From: Antedon mediterranea | Taxonomy: Eukaryota; Animalia; Echinodermata | DNA length: 64,000 nt | Reading direction: 5' to 3' | Assembly: GCF_964355755.1 (NCBI RefSeq) | Contig: NC_092675.1 | Coordinates: forward strand, 8,365,812-8,429,811 | In this document: positions 12,927 to 26,300 of the stretch, piece by piece | Layout: each line of letters begins with the position of its first letter | How positions within the stretch are numbered: position 1 is the stretch's first letter | Made by a program: the position numbers and the translations under genes | Notes under the pieces: model-generated | The model's input: the letters and a program-made list of their open reading frames with translations, nothing else | Databases searched by the model: none | What the model was told of the DNA's origin: nothing

Positions 12927-14380
12927 TATAGAAAGATCAAAACACTGTTGTATATATACTACTGAAGGGCATCATTTACATATACCTGTATTTTCTATTT
13001 TGTGCTCCTTAGTATGACTATGAGTATTTTGTTTCAAAATGCATACATATATTGTAGGTAGGTCTATTTTGTGCACCAAACATCTGTATAATGTGCATTT
13101 CTGTGCATTGGAAAACATACTTATTTTTGTGCATTTTAAATTGCAAAAGATAGTCATCCATAATTGAAAATAAATTAATAGATTATTCTTCATATACAGT
13201 GAATAAAAGTAATTTCAAATTGAATGGAAAGTAAAATGAAACCATATTTAATATGCCTTAGACCCCACTACAATACATCTACAAGCTGTTTAAGCTGTGT
13301 AGTGTTACTACAAATTAAATTATTGATTTTTTTTAGTCATCCACTACCACCACAAGCCACAATTTATTCATCACTGAATGCTTTTATTTAAATTTAGATA
13401 ATTATTCATATTTCTCATCTGTATGAAATTGGATATAGAATTGTTGTTTAATATTCAGTCAGACAATTTATATTCTGTGCACGTATCGGTTTGCTTCGGT
13501 ATAATTTTACAGCCTAGTTTTTTTTCCTCACTGCAGTTTATATAACATTCAATTTAATGGATGGATTCTATTTTAAAAATCTTCCCCCACGCCAAACTTT
13601 TCCTCACGAAAACAACTCAAAATGTCAATCTTTGATATAACCAAGGCAATCTATGCCTTAAAAGTAGTTGTATGACACTATTGAATAATAAATACATATA
13701 TTTTTAGAATTTAATTACTATTCTCTGTATGTTGCATGTCATAAGACCATGTTATCCAAATATAACAAATATATTAACAGGTTGCAATGATGCCTATTTT
13801 TCGAAAAAAATGTTTTAATACGATATTATGTATTATGTATCTTTCATGTTTTTTTTCATAACCGGTTGTTATGCGTCTATGAAGATAATAACATGATATG
13901 TTCTCATACATAGCAATAATATTGTATAAAAAATTCTATATTTTGGCTATTTCTTTAAATCTCATAGTAGTTGAGAGATAAATACTAAAAATGTGTACTT
14001 TTCTGGATTTAATGTACTAATATTTCTAAATGTGCCTTACGATCATGTTATCATATAAATGATATCTATTTTTAGAAAGAAAAAAATCATGAGCTGTTAC
14101 TACACAAGGTTTATTTAAAAATTACTCAAAGTGTGGATTGGATTCAATATAGGCCTACGTAATTGTGTCCTCATCCCCCACCCCCACCAACTATTAATTT
14201 AAGAGTAGAAAGTTGTTAAACCTATGATACAGTTTACTTATAGAAGTAGATGCAGCTATTAAATTATTCAAATTTATTCATTTATATGTTTAGATTACAT
14301 TAATAATTGTTATTTTTATGTCACAGTTAACCTTTTTTTATACACTGTATTATATTAGATGATGACCGAATTATTTTATT

Positions 14381-17300
14381 ATGCAAGTTCTACTGATCAA
14401 ACGCTTTCTGCTTGGACTTGCTACAGTGCTCTTTCACCTGTCATTCGTTAACACATCTGGATGTAGAGATAGCGCCTGTTTTCCACAAACTGTAACATTC
14501 AGTCAAATCCCAACAACCTCCATAACAGTTTTACCACCAGATGTAACATGTGACAACTCTATTTGTAAGGTACTGTAGATAAAACAAAATTAACAATAAA
14601 TAATATGTATAATTCAATTAGAAACATAGAAATCAAAAAGAATTCTACCTCAATATCTATAATTAGAACTTACATTACAATAATCAATAATCAACTGAAG
14701 TATAAATAATGATGATCTCAAAAGACAATCAAAACAAGCTGTTGGCTGTCTGCTCATCAAAGTGTGTGAACAATGTTTGTTGAATTACAACATTACATTG
14801 GCAGCACAGTAATCACATTACAATGTCTCGGTTGGGGCAAATTTTACCCTTTAGATTGACAGAATTATATCCCAGAGAAACATCAACAGTATTGTACTGT
14901 ATTACTTGTCTGCCCATGTTTGCTATACATTGTACAAAAGGAAGAAAATAAAGAAATAAAATAACAGTTTATTTAAACTCCAAACTGTACTTCCCAGTTA
15001 AAGATAATGTAGCATTTAATTGTTTAAGTGTATATTTTATATTATATTCTTTTTAGATAAGTCCAATATCTGAAAAAGTTGTACCAGAATTAATAATTGA
15101 CAATGAAGGAGAAGACACTACGACTTGGTCAAGTAAAATATGGTCCAGTACATCGACCATTCCAGAGGTCATCATTACTGTAGATCTCGAAAAAGACCAC
15201 AGTTTAGAAGATGACCTAACTATAACGTTTCGGTCTGAGCTTCCAGAAGCAATGATACTTGAAAAATCTAGCGACTACGGAGAAACATGGAACACTTTAC
15301 AATTTTACTCAACAGATTGTTTTAAAGATTTTTCAGTGAATGAAAGTTCTCGTAGCTCTGATGTTCAAAAGACTACAGATGTGTTATGTGTTAATCCATT
15401 TCAAAATCAAATTGACAATGGTGTACAGTATGTTTATTTCTTGGTTACGCAAAGGTTTGAGTTGCTTTCACCAGGCTTGTCAAATCCAGAAGAGCTTTTT
15501 ACGGGTTTAGAGGAGGATGTTGCATTAAGAGAATTCTTAAGCCTTACGAATCTAAGACTGAGGTTGTCTAGACCTACATTTAAAAATCAAACCAGTTTTG
15601 ATCCAGGAAACACATCAATGATGTATCATACAGCTCAATACGCAATTTCAAACATTGAGACTATCTTAAGGTATTTACAGAATTCTAACACTACTTCTTC
15701 TGATGTCAACCAAACATCTCTAAAGCTGACCTTCCACATAAATAATTCTAAAAATACTGTACTAGAGCTCTGTCTACACTATCAAACTAGTTTGACCAAC
15801 AAAAATTGTGGTGTGTCCAATGGTAGTGATATGCTTAAATATGGTAGTGATATGGCATCATCATGTCCACATATGGGCACATCATATTTTGTTGTCACAT
15901 AAAATGTTATAGTCAGACAGAGTTTTAACGCAAAATCTCATTTTACAATACACATAATTAGTGAGGAGCCATAACTGTTAAAATTGTTAATAATAAAATC
16001 CTTATTTATTCCAAAACATTTAACAATAAATGTTATGCTAAGAAATATATTTACTATAGTAAAACCTAACATGAAAATTATTTACTATAGTAAATATAAA
16101 TATACATTTTCTTTCTTTTCTTTATAATTTTCAGTTGCAACTGTAATCTACATGGCAACTACTGTGATTTAAAAGATGGTGAATTGTCTTGTCAATGTCA
16201 ACATAACACAGAGGGACGGGACTGCCAAAAGTGTTTACCCACCTATGATCTTGTGCCATGGCAACCGGGATCTTTTTTACCAGTCACTAAAGGTACTGCC
16301 AACAGCTGCAAATGTAAGTTTACAACTAAAGTCTCCCTGTATATTGAATTTAGTGGTGTTGTGTTGAGAAAAAAAGTGATTTGCATAAAATATGTGACTT
16401 GGCAGCCATTAGATCATTCACCCAATATTGAAAAAAAATATTTCTTTTTCTCCATAATACTCTTATAGAATACAATTTTACATACAATGAATGCAATTAT
16501 AAAAGGCTAGTTTGAATAATTTTCAGTTTTATAAATAAACAAAAAAAACCAAAAAACTGTTTGCTATTATTACGAGTGAAAACTTGACAAACATAAATTG
16601 ATAATTAAGGACCGGGTGTATTATACCCATTAAATGTGATATTGATGATATGATTCAAATAACTTTAAGATTACAAACTATAGAGGGTGGTGTACAGGGT
16701 AGGAAAATATCCTTTGGGGCATGTAGTGAAGAGTTTTGGGAAAGGGTTCAATAACTTTTCCAAATTTAAAAACCCATAAAAACCATTTAGTAGTAGTCGG
16801 ATTTATTTTAAAGTATACATGAGATGAAACAAATGAACTAAATTATGATTATGATAAATTTATGGTTGGTAAAAAGGAATCATATCTGGAATTATGAATA
16901 TTTATATCATGTTATTTTTTAAAGATTAATTTTGGCTCAGCAAGCACACCCATCAAATAATGGATAAGTCCAAACTCTTATTGTGTATCAATGCATGAAT
17001 TGTTTGACAGCACACAAAATTCCAATTACATCACAATAAAGGAACTACTTTTAAATCTCACTATTCTTCCTACCATCATCTTTATGACAATGCTTACCGA
17101 AGCGCAACCAAACAATTCATTCAGGTATAGTTAGGTTTATTCCAGTCGAAAGACCAATCCACCTTGATAACGCTTTCGTGACACTTTATTAACATATGGA
17201 CTGTTTAACCAAAGATGTCTGTGAGAAGTTTAGTTTAAGATAATAGGAATTTATAAGTGTTTATGTTGGCTGTCAGAATGAGACACAGTTGTAGTAACTT

Positions 17301-20300
17301 TTCTTGCTGTATTATTTTGTATGGCTATGCATATTATTATTATTTTATATGTATTGGATTAACACACAGTCAACAAGGTAAGAAAAGTGGTTGTATATCA
17401 CTATACTAGAAATTATTTTGTTACTGACAATGCACAATTAAAAAAAAATATGTTATACCATATAACTACAGTAATTACAGTTATATAGGCAGACTAGAAG
17501 CAGGTGACATATAGCCATTCAAATACATATAGTATACATAAGATTCTGGAGTAAATCAAGAAAGAGAAGATACTGTGATCACATTGGTGAAATCAATGAA
17601 AGTACACTTATCAAACTTGAAAACTTGTTCACAAAATCAACTTAAATATCACCTCAAAATGTTTTAAATGATTTTGCTATTCTAATGTTCGTTTTCAGTA
17701 AGTCCTATTCAAACCACCATAGCATCTATACAAACCACAGCAGCAGCTGAACTGCTTCCTACCACCTCAATATGTGAAACAGAGCCATGTGAGAATGGAG
17801 GAACTTGTCAGAAAACAAACAATGGATTCTCATGTCAATGTACTGAAGCATACACAGGTAACATTTTTACATTTCTCTATTATATCTTATTGTATGTCAA
17901 TAAGAAAGTAAACAAACACTCTTTAGAGTTTACTAAGTATGCTCCTTTGTTTTAATATACAATAGAATTGTAACACAACTAATCAAAGGTTTAAGGCAAA
18001 TCTCCGCCGCAGTTGGCGCAAATGTAAATGGTCTGTCAGTTTATACATTTTTGTAGTATAGTCAGTAGCGTTACAGAGAAAAGGGTCTTTCACACCTGTT
18101 CTGGCACGGTTTCAGTCCGACACCGGCAAATCCAATCGAATGTCAATGTTTCGCTTTTACGCGGCTACGCGCATATCGATTGCCGCACAGCCGTATGGAG
18201 CGACGTGAAAACAAAACATTGACGTTCGATTCGCCGGACCGGAACAGGTGAGAAAGACCCTCAATACATTACTCTGTGTGTTCATGTTGAAAGGTAGCGT
18301 GCAAAGTTGGCTCTCTTCGGCTCATTCATTCATCAGTGGAAAATTACTTTGTTTAATTGATTGTTTACATGTTGAATAAAGTTACAGAACCAAAAGATGT
18401 GTGTGTGTGTGTACCTGTGCTGTATGTTATGTGTTGTATTCAAAACAAGCTAAATATAACAATTTTAATATAAAAAGAAGAATTGGATACAAGTAAATTA
18501 CCAATTCACATTTTTACCGGTAGTCATGCTTTTGTTGTTTAACAGGAAATAGCTGTGAGAATGCTGTAGACCCATGTCAAAGTAACCCATGTATGAGTGG
18601 TCATATTTGTACTAATGACAACAATGGATATATTTGTAAAGTAGAAGATGTAAGTACACAATAATTACTATCACCACATACTGTAAAGATATTAGCAGGC
18701 TTTTTAACAGAAGAAGCAACACTGTGGTATATAATTCAATTATTATACTGTTATTATTTAAGTTTCAATGACTATGGACTTCGTCAAGTGAAGACGTGTT
18801 TTATCTTTATTATAATTTAATTTAAATTCATTCTGGTTATACGGTACTTCCAGAAAGTGTCCGTTGCCATTTGTTATGTCTTCTGCTGCTGTTCACTATA
18901 AATTAAATTGAAACTTTTACAGTTTTTGCTTTATTTTGTGTTGAAAATACTGCAATAAATTTAGGCGAATAAATGATAAACTGATACTTTAACACTTATT
19001 TACATTACCTGTTATTGATTATTATTATTAAAATATAGTTCTATATAAAAGGTTGGATATTATAATGTATGCACTTTTATAAAAAAAAATATTTTACCAA
19101 CTAACTAACCAGCAAATAGCTTCTTTATTTTTTTGTTAATAGTATATTCAAACAATTGTTAATAAGCTTTAAATATGAAAAAAAAAAAAAATAATGGAAA
19201 TTCTAGAGCAAATAATTATTAACTTGGATACCTTTAAATGTCATTACCATAGATACACAAAGCAACATTTTCCAACATAATCACAAAATAGGTTTGTTGG
19301 GTATATTATAATAATACCATGGAAACGTATACAATTGCTTTGGAATTTAATTTTAAAAGTAATTTTTATGCATTTGTATTTTTTAACTATATAAATATGA
19401 ATTGGCACTATTCATATTTTTGTTGTACAGTATATTGATTACTAAAAGTTTTCTAATTTGAATGCAATGAAAGATGATAAACAGCAGTCTAGATTCTAGA
19501 TAGCATCTTGACTTACTGTACACTGTAATATTGATAAAAAGATAAATATTTTGGCATATATGGCGTTTCATACATTAATAGACAAAAATATATGCCGACT
19601 CAGCTGGTGGACATCAACATAAAAAAAGACAATAACTAGATACTGTACTTTGTATACACTGTCCTTGAATAATTTTGAAGTAGTATTTGATAAAGTTAGT
19701 ACTAACTCAAATACTGGACACGTTTTTTGCTCGCCCAAAATGGTTTCCAAATACAATTTCAATAGTATAAACCTTTTTAAAAATTCTGGTCAAAAAGGTA
19801 CACTGAAATGTCTGAAATAAAAACTCTGAAATCATACACGTGTTCCAACATGTAATATACAGAATTTTGAAACATAACCATCTAGCTTCTTACATGCGGC
19901 CTAGGTCTATTCAATTCTGGCAAGACGACCACAAACGGCAATTATTTAATATTTTGAAACATAGAGGAAAATCAAATAGAGAATAACAAAATAGAACACA
20001 ATCATGCTGACTGTTCAAAGTCTCTGTAAATCATTTGAACAAACAAGAAACAGGGAAACACTGAAATCTCTTGGGAAACATTTTCTAATTTCTCACTACT
20101 AGTTAACACATCAGATATGATACTGGAAAAAATCAATAACCAATCAATTTAAGATTGACAATATCTTGTAGGATTTCCCTTTGGAAAAAACAGTGATGAA
20201 CAGTTAAAATGGTCATATCCTAATGGTCATCTGTGATCTGTAGATTACTGATGTTTTTATGATCTGGTATTTCTGGATCTTTTATACTATATATGGTCAG

Positions 20301-23300
20301 TGCCAACCTAAACAAAACTATTGTATCTCAGGGATTAATTGTCTCCCAGGGATTAATTGTCTCCTGACAAACCACTTAATAATAACCTTGGAAATTCGTA
20401 AAATAATTTCCAAGGGAAGATTGAGGGGGCTTGCTCCCTCATTTTGTTAGAGCTTTAATGTTCAAATGCTTATAAGCCATGTGTAATTAAAATTTACCGT
20501 GAAATAAATGAAGCATGGTCCGGCCGTAGAGATAGAATAGCCTTCGGTTTTATTATACCTATACTGTAGGTCTAATCAGTCTGCCTTAAGTTTTAGTAGT
20601 GTACAGTATGTGACTGATGAGCTATAGCAGCTACTGTAGACACTATGGGCTAAGTACTCAAAGTCATAATCTTCAAAGTTATATATTACTGTATACTAAT
20701 GTGGCTACTTAAACAAACTGTTATTGATCCAAAAGAAAACCGTAAGATACATAGCAAATGCTCCTCCTTTATCCCATTCCAATCCTTTATTTTCTTTATT
20801 TGGTCTTCTTAAAATTCAGGATATTAACCATCTTCAACAAAGTGTTTTCCTTTATTCATGGCTAAACTCGATCCTGCCATCACACTTTGATGATTTATTT
20901 AGTTTCAATCTTAATTTTCATAACCACACTACTCGGAGCGCTAATTAAATACGTATTCCTTTTTTTAAAACTACTTCTTTTAAACATAGCATTAAGTTTA
21001 CTGGTCCTAAACTCTGGGATAACGTACCAGTTAATATAAAAAGTGCTTTGTCTAAGAAGAGTGTTTCTTTTAAATTGAAACGGCACCTCTTATCTAGTTA
21101 TGTTTAATTATCCTTTCACTCATTGTAGTTTTGATATTTAGTCTTTTCGGTACCCTGAAACTAAAAGTCTTCATTACTGTTTTTGTCCTGTTTCCGGTTC
21201 CTGTGTTGTCCTGTTTTATTTTTCAGTTTCTATGGGCTGCCTTATACAAGCTTCGCTTTCTAGGAATGTTGCCCCTCTTATTTTAATCATATTTACTGTT
21301 AATTTTTATTTTCTATGAAAGACAAGAAGAGAAATAAATGTTACTTTGATTGATTGATTGATTGATAATTAGTAAATTACAATGCTACAGTACTGTATGA
21401 TGACATAATGAAATGCAGTACAGTACTGTATGATGACATAATGAAATGCAGTGTGTATTTACACATTCACTCTACAATGAATTCAAGCAATTAAAATAGG
21501 CTCTTGGGGTTAATTGAATAAAAGTTCCTTAAAAAAGACTATCTATAATAATGATACATAGATATCTATATTATTATGCATCAGGTAAAGTAGCTAATTG
21601 AATAAGACAAATGTGGGTATGCTCTGACGAAAGATTTAAGATCTACCAGAGTATAACTTAAATGTTTTAAATGTACTGAGCACTGGTACAATTTTAATTA
21701 TAAGTACAGTGTATTATAAAGTAAAGTGTGTTCTACAGGTAAACCATAATTCCGAAAATATAATTTGGTGTACATTGGTGGAGCTCAATTCCTTCATACA
21801 CTTAAAACTTTTAGCGCCACCAATTTTTACCAGAGGTTAAAGGTCATTATGTCTAGATATTTTTAAAATGCATGTCTAATTAAAAATCAATACATCTGGT
21901 ATCAGTCATATTGTTTATAGATTGTCTATTTATATCTGTGTTTGATTTTGTCACTTTTTAATTATTCGTCACTAAGCTTTTTAATTAATCAATATAATAT
22001 ATTGAGCTTTCATATTGTAATTTAGATTTAAATTCTATGGCATTTAGTGATATGTTACACGTTTAGGGCATGCAAATATAATTAGTGTGTTTATCTGGTA
22101 AGTCAGAATTAAAATTGTTCTATAGGCAAATATTTTTATTTAGTAAATGTTTTGTAGATATTAGTGTTACAATGATGTAGTACTGTACTCTAATGGTATA
22201 ATTGTTCTATAGGCAACAGTTTTAGCATGATACGACTATTTAGTCTTTCTTTTAGAATGTTATACTGTAGTGTCACAGTGACATCTGTTAATGAGTAGTA
22301 TAATTTTGTTCAAACTTATCTGATATTTGAGTCATCTCACCGACTTGAAATCAAATCGTTTTTGTATTTTTGTGGATTAGTGAAACAATTAAAAATCAGA
22401 AAGAAATCTTCTTTGTTGGTTAAATTTTACTATTATGCCTCCTTTAGTATAAAATGCTTACATTTTTTAGATTATAAAAACACATTTAATTATTTCAAAT
22501 ATTCACAATACTATTAACCATTATTTATTATAATTTTTATATTTCTTAACAGGAAAGTGGTTTATCTAAGAAAACTATCATTACAATAGCAGCCGTATCT
22601 GGTGGTACTGCAGTGTTCATTGTATGGGTGTGTTTTATAATTTACTACGGAACTTACAGACAAAAATTGCAAACGATGAACCGCAAATCTCAGAAGTATA
22701 ATGTACAAACAGCTAAGGTAAATGGTCAGTCTATGTCCGGCCATTACACTGTAAGTTAAATAAAAAATATTGATAAAAAGCATATACCCCCCTCATCAAT
22801 GGGATTCTACCCTTGCACCATTTATCCTGCTTTAACCTTTGACATGGTGTAATGTTATTTTTTTTAAACTTTTAACCAGCTAGTTAAAATTTACACACAC
22901 CTATATATTACCCACTAACACTCATACTTGATACAGCTACTGTAATCTACACTGCATTTTAACTTAATATTATTAAGAAAAATATTTTGGCACACATGCC
23001 ATTTCATACGTAAGTACTTGACATTGTAATTTACAGACAGGATACCAAACATAAAGAAGATAGACAAATACAGTATGGCCTATTTTAATAATTATTCCAT
23101 GGTAATACTGGATCCTTTAACACAATGAAAGAGCATTAAATGAAATCTAGTTTACTTAAATATACAGTCTAGAACACTTAAAAGGGATAGCCATATTTTG
23201 GAAACAAACAAACCAAGTTAAAATAATCATTTGAGTTTCAAAGGTTCTTAAAAATGACTGAAAATATTTAGTAAACAAAGTTTAAACGGTATATTTTCTT

Positions 23301-26300
23301 ATTAAAATGAGCTGTTAAGCAAACAATATGGAGAAATTGACCTTTACTAATGAATCCTATCTGCATTAGTAAAATAACAAGTAATGAACAATACATTGTT
23401 AACAAAAATAGCCAAATTAACATAATTTAAATAGTTTATATTCTATTGTTCCCTTTTTTTTGTTGGTATTTTGGTAAAAATTACTTTTTCTAACTGCATG
23501 GTATTTTATTTACCGACCTTCCTCCAAACCTCAATTACTGGTCTTATTTCTACTCTACTATCTAAAAATTATGAATTACTATTCAGAATATTATATACTA
23601 CATTATAACAACAGTACTGTATATTAGTTTCAACAAAAGCTAACACAGCGCAATATTAGTCTATATCCATTTTCTAATACCCAAATATGCAAGTGCTTCA
23701 TTAACTTACAGTTATTATCATAAAGCAATTTTGCTATTGGCGTAATTTATATATAATATACAGATAACAAATTACTATAACTGTAATTTATAATAGCTAG
23801 TAAATATGAAAATAAAAGACATGATATTTTTTTTTTTATTTAAGAGCATTAAGCAATCGCAATTGCTTGGTGAATGAAGATTAAAACCAAATAGTAACTT
23901 CAAATTGTATGCAATTTTGTGTTTATTGGGTAAAGATATTCAACAGAGGGGTTTTAATATAATATAATAAAATAATAATAATATATACTAATATAAAATT
24001 GGAAAAGCACTTTTACTTTAATATTTTCATTAAAATAATAGAAATTTAAAATAACAAAAAATAAAGATAGCATTCTGTATACTTCACGCTTGTATAAATA
24101 TTATAAAATAAAGCAAAATCCTACTATTGTTATTCCAACCATAGAAGAGTACAGATTTGTTGATACCTGATGGTTTAAGCTCTGCAAGAGTGCATGAACT
24201 CCAAGACAAATGGAACATCAAAGAAAACAACCTGATGTTGGGTAAGCTGCTCAGAAGCGGCAAGTTCTCATATGTGTGCGAGGGATCGCTGAAAGAAGAC
24301 GATGATACCGTAGCCGAAACCAAAGTTGGTGTCAAGTTACTTAAAGGTATCAATAACACATTTTTAATGATCACAATCAAAAAAAATAATATTACATATA
24401 AATATAAAAACAATTTATAATTTTATTTTTATTATTATCAATGAAAATTTCAATTTAAAAATCCGCAATTCTGGCAAGATGTTATAAATATTTTCATAGA
24501 ATCTTGTTATGTATTGAAAATACAACAAAATATAAAACTTTTACATTTTGACTCATATTCTCCACCAAAATACACAACTTCTTGGCGTGTCCAATGGTGG
24601 GAATAATTGATTTGATTTTAGTAAATTCTTTTAATTGTTTATAGATGAAAGCGATGAGACAAGTAAAAATGAGATGTTAAATGAGTTTAGTATTTTGTCT
24701 ACTATTGGCAAACATAATAATACAGTACATCTACTAGGAATGTGCACCAGAGTACTGGAACAATCAAGTAAGTCAACAGCAAACCTTTTCCACAATCTGT
24801 GGCCTAATATTCACAAATCTTAAGAAATATATTAAAAAAAACTTAAGACACCAAAAAACACTTCATGGCGAGACAGAGGTCCAGTGGCTAACATAATAAA
24901 TATTTAAGGATTTGTCTTATGATTTGGTACTGTATTTTAATGTAAATTTGTCCAAGCCGAGTTGTGGACGCCGAGCCACTGGACCTCTGTCTCGACATGA
25001 AGTGTTTTTTAGTGTCTTAAGTGTTTTTGCAGAACTCCATTTGGTTGACTGAAACATGGAGTTTTTTCCTTCATAATTGAATGTCTATGCGATGGCATAG
25101 CAATTAATCAATCAAAAGATTAAGTGACATTGGACATTTAGAAGGCTTTTGCATATACAAAAAAAAAAATATCCTTTTCATCATAAATACAGTTTTATTG
25201 AGAAAAAAAATTACCTTTCCATGCCAGTACAGTAGTTGATATTGACTGAAAGTTGATATCAACTAACATCAATGTATCAATAAGTTTGTCTGAACAGTTT
25301 TAATTGTAATGCAATCCATTCTTGTTTCAGCTCAACTTTGTTTAGTATTGGAATACATTTCTAGAGGAAATATGCTGAGGATTTTGAGAAGGTGCAGAAG
25401 CAGGCGAAGGGACCAGCCCCCGATAGATGCCCTCCCAGAGGATGAACTGCTTGGATATGCTAATGATGTCATCCAAGGTCTCAAGCACTTAGATTCACTA
25501 GGGGTAAATTATCCTTTTTTATATTCAGACTATAGCATACAATTCATGAAAAGGTATCAGACCTGTGAGATTACATATTCAAATGAGTAACAATTTCTAC
25601 AATAATAACAAATTTGGGAAAACTATTCTAGCAACATTAAAAGCATCACAAATATAATTTTAAAGCATCCTGGTACCTGTTTTGATAAAAATTTGCTATA
25701 CATTTTCTCTATGTGTTTTTTAACATTTTTGATGCAGATTCCCGATAGCCACAACCTACCCTTAAAAATCCAATAACTCTGCGACAGATTAGAATAATAA
25801 ATAAATATAATAATTATTTCTAATGAATTATAAATTGTTTTCTCTAGATTCTTCATTTGAACATATGTGCAGAAAATGTTCTCATCACGTTCAACAATAA
25901 AGCAAAAATATGCGACTTCAGACGATCTGTTGAGATTCAAGAGCCTGAGCAATATATTAAGTACACTCCTCATCATGATGTAAGAATGCTATGGATTTAT
26001 ACAGTCACCTTTTTCCAAATCGAACTTTTTCAAAAAAGATCTGCAATTCTTTCCTACTGTTCAAAATGTATTATGAGAGACTTTCTAGAAAAAATACATT
26101 TTGTCACGTATGTGTTAGAAAAGTAAGATTATAGAGGATAAAAACGATTAATATCGTACTTGAAAAAAAATGTCAACTTGACATGATTGAGGCTATGTCA
26201 AAAGAGGACCATCCCACCTCCCTCAGTCAAAACAAGATTGAGCCTTCAATTGTTCCTTTTCTGCCAGACCAAGGGGTTTGGTATTATGAGAGTTTTAATA

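Noticed and set aside
15671-15902. C-terminal extension of ORF 15252..15902
   Set aside because: Read-through past the donor at 15670 into intron and MITE sequence.
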